From an uncultured Muribaculaceae bacterium (GTDB taxonomy: Bacteria; Bacillota_I; Bacilli_A; RF39; UBA660), in the NCBI GenBank assembly GCA_964650315.1, contig CAZYQE010000002.1, positions 3,534-67,533 of the forward strand: a stretch of DNA of 64,000 bases, in the 5' to 3' direction. The translations under genes were made by a program, and so were the position numbers. Below are positions 49,233 to 59,985 of the stretch, piece by piece. The notes below the pieces were generated by a model. That model saw nothing but the letters and a program-made list of their open reading frames with translations. It made no database searches and was not told where the DNA came from. Position 1 is the stretch's first letter. Each line of letters starts with the position of its first letter.

Positions 49233-49766
49233 ATGGCAAAAGAAAAAGTAGAGACTTTAGATGAAGAAATTAAAGTTAAGAAAAAATCTAAAAAAGATGT
49301 TAATAAAGAAATGTTAAAGATAGAAGAAGAAATTTCTAAATTAACAGAAGAAAACAAAGTATTAGATGAAAAAGTTAGATTAGCTCAAGCAGAATTAATA
49401 AATTATCGTAAAAGAAAAGATGAAGAAACTGCTAATATATTAAAATTTGCTAATCAAGACTTAATATCTGAATTACTTCCAGTAATAGACAATTTTGAAA
49501 GAGCAATCGCTGCTAATAGTGAAGAATCAAAATTTGTTGATGGAGTAAAATTAATATATCAAAATTTAATGAATATATTAGAAAAAGCTGGAGTAGAAGT
49601 AATTAATAGGGTTGGAGAAGAATTTGATCCTAATTTAGAAGAAGCTTTAGTAACAGACTGTATAGAAGATAAAGATGATGATATTGTTCTAGAAGTTTTA
49701 GCTAAAGGTTATAAATTAAAAGGTAGAGTTATTAGACCTGCCTCAGTAAAAATAAATCAAAAATAA
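49233..49766 (+). CDS. grpE: nucleotide exchange factor GrpE
   Basis: Coiled N-terminus, RLAQAELINYRKR, FDP..HEA-like FDPNLEEAL, and operon position. Confidence 0.93.
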   Translation: MAKEKVETLDEEIKVKKKSKKDVNKEMLKIEEEISKLTEENKVLDEKVRLAQAELINYRKRKDEETANILKFANQDLISELLPVIDNFERAIAANSEESKFVDGVKLIYQNLMNILEKAGVEVINRVGEEFDPNLEEALVTDCIEDKDDDIVLEVLAKGYKLKGRVIRPASVKINQK

Positions 49767-49777
49767 AGGAGAGATGA

Positions 49778-51595
<1,818 letters not shown>

Positions 51596-51657
51596 AATAT
51601 CAAGGAGTAGTATTTACTACTTCCTTAATATTGTTAATATAAGCTAGAGGTGATTAT

Positions 51658-52812
51658 ATGGCAGAAAAAAGAGACTATTATGACGTATTAGGAGTATCTA
51701 AAGATGCAACTGATGCTGAAATTAAAAGTGCATTCCGTAAAAAAGCAAAAGAATTTCATCCGGATTTAAATAAAGATAATCCAGATGCCGAAAAGAAATT
51801 TAAAGAAGCACAAGAAGCTTACTCTGTCCTTTCTGATGCAAATAAAAGAAAATCTTATGATCAGTTTGGTCATGCAGGAGTAAATTCTGGAGGACCAGGT
51901 GGAGCAGGAGGATTTAATGGCTTTGGAGGAGCTGGATTCAACTCAGCTGATTTTGACTTTGGAGATATATTTGATTCTATCTTCGGAGGAGGATCAGGAT
52001 TTGGTGGAGGATTTGATTTTGGAGGATCTTCCCGTACTAGAGCTACTCGTGGTAGTGATATCTTAATGAGAATGGATTTATCTTTTGACGAAGCAGTTTA
52101 CGGTACTCATAAAAAATTTGATTTAGATGTAGTTGAAGACTGTGAAGAATGTACTGGAAAAGGTGGATTTGATGAAGAAACATGTTCTACATGTCATGGT
52201 AGTGGTACTATAACACAAGAACAAAGAACTATTTTAGGTTCTTTCATGTCAAAAAGTACTTGTCCAGAATGTAATGGTCTTGGTAAAACATATAAAACAA
52301 AATGTTCTACATGTCGTGGTAAAGGGAAAGTTAAAAAGAACAAAACTATTACTGTTAATATACCTGCTGGTATAGATACTGGTGATAGATTAAGAGTTAG
52401 TGGAAAAGGAAGTCCTGGTACAAACGGAGGTCACAATGGAGATCTATACTTAGAATTTGTAGTAGGTAAACATAAATATTTTGAAAGAGATAATGATGAT
52501 ATTTATTTAGAAGTACCACTTACCCTTGCAGAAGCAGCTTTAGGTTGTAAAAAAGACATTCCTACATTATATGGTAATGTAAAATTAAATATTAAAGCTG
52601 GTACTAACGGTGGAGATAAACAACGAATTAGAGGTAAAGGTATAAACAACAAACACAATAATCATAAAGGAGATATGTTTGTAATGTTTAAAGTTTATAC
52701 TCCTAAGAAATTATCTAAAGAACAAAAAACTTTAATAGATAAACTATCAAAAACTAACTTAGAAACTTCTGAAATAAATAAGTTTAATAAGTTTACAAAA
52801 GACAATAAATAA
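51658..52812 (+). CDS. dnaJ: Hsp40 co-chaperone DnaJ
   Basis: J domain with HPD (EFHPDLNK), a G/F-rich linker, and four CxxCxGxG zinc-finger repeats. Confidence 0.98.
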   Translation: MAEKRDYYDVLGVSKDATDAEIKSAFRKKAKEFHPDLNKDNPDAEKKFKEAQEAYSVLSDANKRKSYDQFGHAGVNSGGPGGAGGFNGFGGAGFNSADFDFGDIFDSIFGGGSGFGGGFDFGGSSRTRATRGSDILMRMDLSFDEAVYGTHKKFDLDVVEDCEECTGKGGFDEETCSTCHGSGTITQEQRTILGSFMSKSTCPECNGLGKTYKTKCSTCRGKGKVKKNKTITVNIPAGIDTGDRLRVSGKGSPGTNGGHNGDLYLEFVVGKHKYFERDNDDIYLEVPLTLAEAALGCKKDIPTLYGNVKLNIKAGTNGGDKQRIRGKGINNKHNNHKGDMFVMFKVYTPKKLSKEQKTLIDKLSKTNLETSEINKFNKFTKDNK

Positions 52813-52838
52813 GAAACTTTAAAAAAGTTTCTTTTTTT
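52811..52838 (+). terminator. intrinsic terminator after dnaJ
   Basis: AAGAAACTT-TAAAA-AAGTTTCTT followed by TTTTT. Confidence 0.75.
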
Positions 52839-52890
52839 GTTGACATTATATATAAATAGCGTATAATAGTTGTTCCCGGAGGTAATAGAA

Positions 52891-53346
52891 ATGAGTAGAA
52901 AAGTAAAAAATCATTATGGAGATAATTTTGAAATTGAGGAAAGAGAAGACTTAATTTATGATAAAGTAGAAAAAATAAAAAGAGAAAATGTATGGTCAGA
53001 TGATTCTGATGATATAGATATATTTGATGAAGCTTTTAAAGAAAGTCATGGATATAGAGAAGCTACTACATTATTAGGAAATCTAATTTGTAAAATAACA
53101 AGCAATGATGATATAAAAGCTAATGATGATGCATGGACTATAGTGTTTGAAGCATATCAAACACTAGTTTCTAGAGATACTTTAGGAGCTTTTGAAAAAG
53201 GTGAATTAGAATCTTGGTGGTTAAGACAATTAGATAAAAGAATACCTGATCCAGAGATTCCTGATCTAATTATAAATCCACTTGAATTATATACTGAATA
53301 TGCTGAAGAAGAAAAAGAAAAAAAGCTTACTCTTAAAATAAAGTAG
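52891..53346 (+). CDS. acidic 151-aa protein of unknown function
   Basis: ATG at 52891 after GGAGGT (track start TTG 52870). Own promoter: TTGACA at 52840-45 and TATAAT at 52862-67. The protein is D/E-rich with no recognisable motif. Confidence 0.55.
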   Translation: MSRKVKNHYGDNFEIEEREDLIYDKVEKIKRENVWSDDSDDIDIFDEAFKESHGYREATTLLGNLICKITSNDDIKANDDAWTIVFEAYQTLVSRDTLGAFEKGELESWWLRQLDKRIPDPEIPDLIINPLELYTEYAEEEKEKKLTLKIK

Positions 53347-53404
53347 TAATGCTTTTTTCTTGACTAAATTAATAAATAATATATAATATTAACAGGTGAT
53401 TTGA

Positions 53405-54586
53405 ATGATAAAAAGATTTAATTATGATAGAATTAATATTGAAAAAATAAAATTAGGAGAAAACTTTATAAGTTTAAACAACTTAACTTATCCAGAAGTA
53501 AAACACAATAGAAAAAAATTATTAAATAGAAATAATGATCCAATTGGTACAAAAGGAGATATGTATACAAAAATAATATTGAATAAAATATTAGAAAAAG
53601 GTACTTTAGATAGAAATCCTCGTCCTCAATATGAAGATTTCTATGAAAATGCCACTTATAATATGAAAAAGAATGTAATATGGACAAAAGAAGATTATGA
53701 AATAAAAGTTGCTCCTAATGATCAAATAATAAAAGAAAATAATGGTATAAAGCATTTAGTACCTGCTCATACTTTAAGTGTTAATAGTGGAATAGAATGT
53801 AACTATGATTTATCCAAAGGTGAGTCTCCATTAATAACGCTAAGACCAATCGCAACAAAAGCAGCTATTGCTGAAATATTATGGATATATCAAAAACAAA
53901 GTAATGATTTAGTAGAATTTGATGAATTATTAGGAAATAATACTTGGGATACCGATCATAGAATAAATAATTGGTGGAAAGATTGGGCATTAAAAGATAA
54001 ATCAGGTAATTATATATTAAATGATAAAGGACATCCTACAATAGGTTCTTGTTATGGAGAAACAGTTAATAAATATAATATGTTAAAAGAAGAAGTAATA
54101 AATAATATCAAAAATAATATAGATAATAGAAGAAATATAACAAGCCTATGGCAAGAGTCAGATTTCTTAGATCCACATGGTCTAAAACCCTGCGCTTTCT
54201 TAACTATATGGAATGTAAGACACGAATGGGATGGATGTGACTATTTAGATATGACTATGGTACAAAGATCAAGTGATTTCGCAACTGCCGGTTGCATTAA
54301 CCAAGTTCAATACGTAGTACTACAAAAAATGGTTGCTAGAGAATTAGATTTAATACCAGGTAAATTTACATGGAAACCAATAAATGTTCAAATATATGAT
54401 AGACATATTAATCAAGCCATAGAAATGTTAAATAGAGAACCAATAAACTGCGAACCTAAAATAGAATTAAATAAAGATATTAAATACTTTGACGATTTTA
54501 AAGTAGATGATATTAAAATAGAAGATTATCCAAAAGAAGAAATAAAAGTAAAAAATAAACAATTAAAATTCCCATTAGGAATCTAA
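53405..54586 (+). CDS. thymidylate-synthase (ThyA) superfamily enzyme, long and divergent
   Basis: The ThyA-family blocks appear in order: AEILWIYQKQSND (ELLWFL.G), WWKDWA (IWDEWA), NRRNITSLW (SRR...AWN), LKPCAFL (catalytic PCH block) and MVQRSSDFATAGCINQVQY (YQRSxD..LGxPFNIASY). It is 393 aa with an N-terminal extension and insertions. Confidence 0.65.
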   Translation: MIKRFNYDRINIEKIKLGENFISLNNLTYPEVKHNRKKLLNRNNDPIGTKGDMYTKIILNKILEKGTLDRNPRPQYEDFYENATYNMKKNVIWTKEDYEIKVAPNDQIIKENNGIKHLVPAHTLSVNSGIECNYDLSKGESPLITLRPIATKAAIAEILWIYQKQSNDLVEFDELLGNNTWDTDHRINNWWKDWALKDKSGNYILNDKGHPTIGSCYGETVNKYNMLKEEVINNIKNNIDNRRNITSLWQESDFLDPHGLKPCAFLTIWNVRHEWDGCDYLDMTMVQRSSDFATAGCINQVQYVVLQKMVARELDLIPGKFTWKPINVQIYDRHINQAIEMLNREPINCEPKIELNKDIKYFDDFKVDDIKIEDYPKEEIKVKNKQLKFPLGI

Positions 54587-54619
54587 TAAGAACAAGTTAT
54601 AAATACTTGTTCTTATTTT
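54585..54619. terminator. strong bidirectional terminator
   Basis: A 13-bp stem AATAAGAACAAGT-N7-ACTTGTTCTTATT followed by TTT. It lies between convergent genes. Confidence 0.8.
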
Positions 54620-54848
54620 CATCATAGATTAATATAATTTTATTATATAATTCATTACTAATCCTAGATCTTAATTTATCAAATACACTAGTATTTTTAT
54701 TTAAAATATCTTCATAATAATTTAATATAAAGTTAAATATTATATTAACTTCTTCATTAGATAAATTAATATTTTTACTCTTCGCATAATTATAAATATC
54801 ATTAGGAGTTAAATTTTTTATATATTTTAAAGCTAATTCCTTATACAT
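54597..54848 (-). CDS. small helical protein (DUF2624-like, tentative)
   Basis: An 83-aa ORF with an AGAGGTG RBS on the minus strand. Protein begins MYKELALKYIKNLTPNDIYNYAKSKNINLSNEEVNIIFNFI... Confidence 0.45.
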   Translation of the reverse strand: MYKELALKYIKNLTPNDIYNYAKSKNINLSNEEVNIIFNFILNYYEDILNKNTSVFDKLRSRISNELYNKIILIYDENKNKYL

Positions 54849-54922
54849 AATTCACCTCTTTATAAAATATATGAAATAAGTTATAAAAAATGTGATAAAC
54901 TATATATAGAAAGGATAATTCC

Positions 54923-56971
54923 ATGAAAAAGAATATAAAGAAAAAGAAGTTTAATTATGACAAAATTATTAATCAGAGATTAATAGTGTTTTTAGGTGGA
55001 ATAATTTTATTATTTGTAATTATATTTATAGAGTTATATAAAGTAATGATAATAGATAATAATAAATATAAAGAAAATATAAAAGAATTAGCTAATACTA
55101 AAATAGAAGGTACTTCTTCTCCTAGAGGAAGAATATATGATAGAAATTATAATATTATAGTTGATAATAAAGCAGTTAAATCAATAGTATTTAAAAAGAG
55201 TAAAGGATATTCTAATGAAAGATTAATTAATTTAGCTTATGAAGTATCTCCTCATATAGATTTAGATTATAGCAAAATAACTTTAAGAGCAAAAAAAGAG
55301 TTTTTCTTAGCTAAATATCCTAAAAAATGTAATAAAAAAATAACTGAAGAAGAAAAAGAACAATTAAAAACTAGAAAATTAACTATAAAAGACTTAGAAG
55401 AATTAAAAATAAATAGAATAACTGATAAAGATTTAGAAATATTTAATAATAAAGATATAAAAGCAGCTTATCTATATTATTTAATGAATAAAGGTTATAC
55501 TTATGATGAAAAAACCATTAAAAATAATGTAAATGATGTAGAGTATGCTTATATTGCTGAAAATAATGCTAAACTAGATGGTTTTAATACTAAATTAGAA
55601 TGGGAAAGAGTATATCCATATGGAGATGTATTTAAAACTATGCTAGGTAATGTATCTACTACAACACAGGGATTACCACAAGAAGAAAAAGCTAAATATT
55701 TAAAAAAAGGATATGCTCTAAATGATAGAGTTGGATTAAGTTATATTGAAAAGGAATATGAAAAATATTTAAAAGGTACAAAAGATAAATATGAAGTAAT
55801 TAATTCTCATGAATTAAAATTAATAAAGAATGGTAAAAGAGGCAATGACATAGTTTTATCTATAGATATTAATTTACAAAAACAAGTAGAAGATATATTA
55901 ACAGAAGAAGTAATAAGAACTAAGGGTGAAGCAAATACTGAGTATTATGATCATTCAAGTGTAGTTATACAAGATCCAAATACTGGAGAAATACTTGCTA
56001 TGTCATCTAAAAAAATAGTTGGAGATAAAATAGTAGATTCAACTTCTTCTATATTAACTTCTCCAATTACCCCAGGTTCTGTAGTAAAAGGAGCTTCTAT
56101 GTTAGTTGGATATAATACCGGAGTTATTAAAATGGGAGAATATATGGTAGATGAGTGTATAGAAGTAGCAGGAGTACCAGAAAAATGTTCTTCACATACA
56201 TTAGGAACTATCAATGATATAACAGCCTTAGCTAAAAGTTCCAATGTATATCAGTTTAAAACAGCAATTAGAGTAAATGGACAAGAGTATTTTCCTGGAA
56301 TGAAATTAAATTTTAATAAAAAAGCTTTTAATACTTATAGAAGTATGTATAATTCATTTGGACTAGGAGTAAAAACAGGTATAGATTTGCCAATAGAAAG
56401 TACAGGATACTCATCACAAGATAAAAAAGCAGGTAACTTATTAGATTTTGTCATGGGACAATATGAAACATATACACCAATACAATTGTCTCAATATATA
56501 TCTACTATTGCGAATAATGGTACCAGATTAAAACCACATTTGTTAAAAGAAGTACACGAAGGAACTAATACTAATAAACTTGGTAAAGTTATATTAAGAA
56601 TAAAACCAAAAAAACTAAACCAAATTAAAACTAAAAAAGAATTTATGGATAGAATACATGAAGGATTCTATGCAGTAACACATGCACCTGGTGCTTATGG
56701 AGTAGGCTATATGTCAGATGAATATAATCCAGCTGGTAAAACAGGTACATCGCAAAGCTTTTTAGATACTGATAATGATGGAGTAATTGATACAGAGACT
56801 ATAACTAGTTCATTCATAGGCTATGCACCATACAATAAGCCAAAAATGTCAATTATTGTAACTTCTCCAGATTCATCTAGACCAAGTAGTAGTGATTTTG
56901 CAAGCCTAGTTACTTATAGAATAACGCAAAAAGTAACAGATGCTTATTTTAATTTAAATAAAAAATATTAA
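54923..56971 (+). CDS. class B penicillin-binding protein (PBP2B/SpoVD-type transpeptidase)
   Basis: N-terminal TM anchor and dimerisation domain. Transpeptidase motifs SVVK (SxxK), SSN (KSSNVY) and KTGT (AGKTGTSQ). Confidence 0.9.
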   Translation: MKKNIKKKKFNYDKIINQRLIVFLGGIILLFVIIFIELYKVMIIDNNKYKENIKELANTKIEGTSSPRGRIYDRNYNIIVDNKAVKSIVFKKSKGYSNERLINLAYEVSPHIDLDYSKITLRAKKEFFLAKYPKKCNKKITEEEKEQLKTRKLTIKDLEELKINRITDKDLEIFNNKDIKAAYLYYLMNKGYTYDEKTIKNNVNDVEYAYIAENNAKLDGFNTKLEWERVYPYGDVFKTMLGNVSTTTQGLPQEEKAKYLKKGYALNDRVGLSYIEKEYEKYLKGTKDKYEVINSHELKLIKNGKRGNDIVLSIDINLQKQVEDILTEEVIRTKGEANTEYYDHSSVVIQDPNTGEILAMSSKKIVGDKIVDSTSSILTSPITPGSVVKGASMLVGYNTGVIKMGEYMVDECIEVAGVPEKCSSHTLGTINDITALAKSSNVYQFKTAIRVNGQEYFPGMKLNFNKKAFNTYRSMYNSFGLGVKTGIDLPIESTGYSSQDKKAGNLLDFVMGQYETYTPIQLSQYISTIANNGTRLKPHLLKEVHEGTNTNKLGKVILRIKPKKLNQIKTKKEFMDRIHEGFYAVTHAPGAYGVGYMSDEYNPAGKTGTSQSFLDTDNDGVIDTETITSSFIGYAPYNKPKMSIIVTSPDSSRPSSSDFASLVTYRITQKVTDAYFNLNKKY

Positions 56972-56988
56972 TAAAAAAGTGTAAAATA

Positions 56989-57017
56989 TTGACAAGTAAA
57001 CGTTTTTGTGGTATAAT
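56989..57017 (+). promoter_or_regulatory. promoter upstream of 57077 ORF
   Basis: TTGACA at 56989-94, 17-nt spacer, extended -10 TGGTATAAT at 57009-17. Confidence 0.6.
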
Positions 57018-57076
57018 ATGTTTACTTTGATGGTACAGGGGTTCAAAGAAAATATTCACAGGGGGGTTGAATATAT

Positions 57077-57496
57077 ATGGAAAAGACTTATATATTTGAA
57101 TACTTGGATGAAAATGATTTTAGAAAAAAAGAAAGATCAGTAAGAAAGTATAATATGTTAGCTTATAAGAAGTTAACATTCGATTATTATCCAGAAATAA
57201 GAAAAGGTAATTTCCTAGGTGCTGAAGTATCAAAGAATGATAAAGATAAAACAATATCTTTTGAATTAAAATTACCTACAGATGAGTTATTTGCTAAAGT
57301 ACATGGAGAAATAATCTTACATTATACAGTTTATACTGAAAAAGGTATTATTCTTTTAACAAACATAACTCCAGAAAATATATTAGATGAAGGTCATAGA
57401 GCAGAACTTTCTACATATAAAGGAGTAATGATTTCTAAAACAAATCCAGAGAAGGATGTATTTAAGATTAATTTATTAAATATGTTAGAGAAATAA
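57077..57496 (+). CDS. hypothetical 139-aa protein
   Basis: ORF with a GGGGGG/GGGGTTG purine-rich RBS region. No recognisable motif. Confidence 0.5.
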   Translation: MEKTYIFEYLDENDFRKKERSVRKYNMLAYKKLTFDYYPEIRKGNFLGAEVSKNDKDKTISFELKLPTDELFAKVHGEIILHYTVYTEKGIILLTNITPENILDEGHRAELSTYKGVMISKTNPEKDVFKINLLNMLEK

Positions 57497-57521
57497 AGTA
57501 GTTAAAATACTTTATTTTTTT
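57493..57521 (+). terminator. intrinsic terminator
   Basis: ATAAAGTA-GTTAAAA-TACTTTAT followed by TTTTTT. Confidence 0.55.
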
Positions 57522-57543
57522 ATTGAAAACAATAAAAAATTGG

Positions 57544-57572
57544 TTGCAACATTTAATAATATATGTTATTAT
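57544..57572 (+). promoter_or_regulatory. promoter of the tRNA pair
   Basis: TTGCAA at 57544-49, 17-nt spacer, extended -10 TGTTATTAT at 57564-72. tRNA 5' end at 57584. Confidence 0.5.
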
Positions 57573-57583
57573 TAAATGGTCAT

Positions 57584-57660
57584 GGACCCTTAGCTCAGTT
57601 GGTTAGAGCATCCGGCTCATAACCGGACGGTCATTGGTTCGAGTCCAATAGGGTCCACCA
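57584..57660 (+). tRNA. tRNA with CAT anticodon, most likely tRNA-Ile2 (lysidine-modified) rather than elongator Met
   Basis: Cloverleaf readable by hand: acceptor GGACCCT/AGGGTCC, anticodon stem CCGG/CCGG, loop CTCATAA, encoded CCA. The 5' half GGACCCTTAGCTCAGTTGGTTAGAGC resembles Firmicute tRNA-Ile(CAU) from memory. Confidence 0.85.
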
Positions 57661-57669
57661 TTTTTATAT

Positions 57670-57753
57670 GCGAGTATGGCGGAATTGGCAGACGCGCTAG
57701 ACTTAGGATCTAGTGTCTTAGACGTGCAGGTTCAACTCCTGTTACTCGCACCA
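57670..57753 (+). tRNA. tRNA-Leu (anticodon TAG)
   Basis: Acceptor GCGAGTA/TACTCGC, anticodon stem CTAGA/TCTAG, loop CTTAGGA, long variable arm, encoded CCA. Confidence 0.92.
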
Positions 57754-57763
57754 ATTAAAAATA

Positions 57764-57793
57764 AACTCAAGTATTACTTGAGTTATTTTTTTT
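57764..57793 (+). terminator. intrinsic terminator after the tRNA pair
   Basis: AACTCAAGT-ATT-ACTTGAGTT followed by ATTTTTTTT. Confidence 0.8.
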
Positions 57794-57830
57794 ATTTTGA
57801 TATAATAATAATCAAATTTAGAGGTGAATT

Positions 57831-58259
57831 ATGAAAAAGAAAGATATTTATATTGGTACTATACTAAAAAATGAAAATAAAGAAGTAAAAACATTCCAAG
57901 AATATAATCAATTATTAGATATTGGTAATGGATACTATATAAATTTAGATTGGATAAAATCTTTAAAAGATAAAATTAAATTATATAAAGGATTAGTAAC
58001 TAATAAATATAGTGATGAATTAGTTATCTATAATATGCCTCCAGAATATGGTATATTTGTAGATCAAGAATCATTAGTACCTTATTATAAAGAAGACAAA
58101 GATAAAAATATTGGAGTTAATACGGCTCAAAAAGATAAATTAATGGATGTTCGTATTCCAGGTGGTGTAGAAGTTAATGTCAGTGAAGGAACAACAAGCT
58201 ATTATCATAGAGAAGGAAATCCAAACAAACATAAAACAATTAAAGTAAAGACAAGATAA
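57831..58259 (+). CDS. hypothetical 142-aa protein
   Basis: ORF with an AGAGGTG RBS. No recognisable motif. Confidence 0.5.
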   Translation: MKKKDIYIGTILKNENKEVKTFQEYNQLLDIGNGYYINLDWIKSLKDKIKLYKGLVTNKYSDELVIYNMPPEYGIFVDQESLVPYYKEDKDKNIGVNTAQKDKLMDVRIPGGVEVNVSEGTTSYYHREGNPNKHKTIKVKTR

Positions 58260-58282
58260 TCAATCCATACGATTGATTTTTT
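58258..58282 (+). terminator. intrinsic terminator
   Basis: AATCAATC-CATAC-GATTGATT followed by TTTT. Confidence 0.65.
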
Positions 58283-58315
58283 GCTTTACATATGAGAAAA
58301 TAAATTCAATAAAAA

Positions 58316-58786
58316 GTGTCGTTGGGAGGTGAAAGTATTAAAAAAGTATTACTTATATTAATGGTATTTTGTTGTGGTATATTACTAATAGGTTGTGCTA
58401 AAGAAAAAACTAAAGATAATAAAAAGACAGAACAAAAAGATAAAATAATAAATAAAGTAGTAGTTGAAGGTGACAAAATAACAATTGATGGAGCTATTTT
58501 AAAGGATATGGATATAATCAATCTTAATAATGTCTTTAACTTATCAGTAGTTTTTGATAATAGTAATAATGATTTGGTTAAACTAGATATGGGTAAATTT
58601 ATAGTTAAAAAAGATAATAAAAAAATGACTGTATTTACTTCAGATATTGCAAAGATCAAAGCAAATGAATCATATACACAACTAGGATATCCATTAAAAG
58701 ATACTGATGAGTTGAAAACTGGAGACGAAGTTGACATATATTATGGTAAAACAAAATTAGGAACTACAACAGTAATTGAAAGATAA
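58316..58786 (+). CDS. putative lipoprotein
   Basis: Lipobox LLIGC in ...KKVLLILMVFCCGILLIG|CAKEK. The exact start is uncertain (GTG 58316, TTG 58322 or ATT 58337 after GGGAGGTG). Confidence 0.6.
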   Translation: MSLGGESIKKVLLILMVFCCGILLIGCAKEKTKDNKKTEQKDKIINKVVVEGDKITIDGAILKDMDIINLNNVFNLSVVFDNSNNDLVKLDMGKFIVKKDNKKMTVFTSDIAKIKANESYTQLGYPLKDTDELKTGDEVDIYYGKTKLGTTTVIER

Positions 58787-58801
58787 AAGAAGGAGTAGAT
58801 T

Positions 58802-59890
58802 ATGAAAAATAAAAAATATTTATTAAGTATATTATTTATAGCAGTTGCATTTATATTTGTAGCAATCAACGCAAGTGCTAAAGGACTTACTACAGCAGGA
58901 GATGTAGTAACACAAAAAGGTAAATTTGATTCAGTTAAATTACTTTTTGGTAAAGATGTTACTAATAAAGCAGATGTAAATGGTATTTCATTTGTTGCTG
59001 GTGACAAAGTAACACTAGAAGGTAAAGCACCATATGGATTCTATGGTGGTAACACAGTTGATGTAAATGAAAAAATTACTACTGATGCTTTTATAGCGGG
59101 TAGATATATTACATTAACAAATAATGCTTTCATAGGAAGAGATGCATTCCTAGCTGCTAGTACAATAAAAGTTAAATCTATAATTGGAAGAGACTTAAGA
59201 GCAGGAGCAGAAACAATAGATTTAAGTGGAGCAACAATTAAAGGTGATGCTTATATCGATGCAGAAAACATAATATTAGATGATAATACTAGAGTATTAG
59301 GTAAATTAACTTATTCTAAAGGTACTAAAGTAACTGGATTAAGTAAGAATAATATTAAAAATATAGTAATTACAAAAGAAAAAGTAAAGCAAGAAAAGAA
59401 AGATACTGCTACTATTATATTAGAAAAAATTGTTGATACAATATTTGCAATTATAACTGCATTTATTACTATGGTAGCAATATTATGGTTATTACCTAAA
59501 TTAGATAAGAAATTAACAAAAGAAGAAATTAAAGCTTCTATTATAGCTAAAAAATCTTTGATTGGTTTAGGAGTATTCTTCATAGTACCAATAGTTGCAT
59601 TATTTGCGGTATTTACTGGATTATTTACACCAATTTCACTAATGACAGTTGCCGTATATGCAATAGCTCTATACATCGCAAGTTTATTTGTATACTATAT
59701 AGTTGGTAATGCAATTGACAAAAAATGGATGAAGAAGAAAAATAAATATTTATCATTATTAGTTGGTATTACAGTAGTAAAAATTGTAAGCTTAATTCCA
59801 GTACTAGGAGGATTAATCGGTTTGGTAGTATTCCTATATGGATTAGGATTAGTATTTAACTATATTAATTCAATTAGAAAGAATGCATAA
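58802..59890 (+). CDS. membrane protein with bactofilin-like (polymer-forming, beta-helical repeat) domain and C-terminal multi-TM region
   Basis: Signal/anchor MKNKKYLLSILFIAVAFIFVAINASA. Repetitive segments follow (DAFIAGRYITLTNNAFIGRDAFLAASTIKV.. GRDLRAGAETIDLSGATIKGDAYIDAENIILDD), then about 5 TM helices. Confidence 0.5.
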   Translation: MKNKKYLLSILFIAVAFIFVAINASAKGLTTAGDVVTQKGKFDSVKLLFGKDVTNKADVNGISFVAGDKVTLEGKAPYGFYGGNTVDVNEKITTDAFIAGRYITLTNNAFIGRDAFLAASTIKVKSIIGRDLRAGAETIDLSGATIKGDAYIDAENIILDDNTRVLGKLTYSKGTKVTGLSKNNIKNIVITKEKVKQEKKDTATIILEKIVDTIFAIITAFITMVAILWLLPKLDKKLTKEEIKASIIAKKSLIGLGVFFIVPIVALFAVFTGLFTPISLMTVAVYAIALYIASLFVYYIVGNAIDKKWMKKKNKYLSLLVGITVVKIVSLIPVLGGLIGLVVFLYGLGLVFNYINSIRKNA

Positions 59891-59908
59891 ATTTTAGATG
59901 TGATGTAT

Positions 59909-59935
59909 AAAACTCAAACTATATGTTTGAGTTTT
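59909..59935 (+). terminator. intrinsic terminator
   Basis: AAAACTCAAAC-TATAT-GTTTGAGTTTT. Confidence 0.7.
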
Positions 59936-59985
59936 CTTATGTATATATAATAAGTAAATATCCATACTATAATTAGGAGGATATT

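Noticed and set aside
51601-51626. Hairpin AAGGAGTAGT-ATTT-ACTACTTCCTT between dnaK and dnaJ as a terminator.
   Set aside because: The stem is imperfect with a bulge and no T-run follows. At most it is an mRNA processing or stability element, so it is not called.
57551-57577. 10-bp perfect inverted repeat ATTTAATAAT-N7-ATTATTAAAT upstream of the tRNA pair.
   Set aside because: It consists only of A and T in a genome where such palindromes arise by chance. It overlaps the promoter spacer and -10, and its predicted stability is negligible.
58306-59007. Minus-strand ORFs 58306-58737 and 58741-59007, which compete with the plus-strand lipoprotein and bactofilin-like genes.
   Set aside because: The plus-strand frames have an RBS, a lipobox or signal peptide, and normal Lys/Asp/Glu-rich composition. 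The minus frames are Ser/Leu/Phe/Thr low-complexity with no start context.
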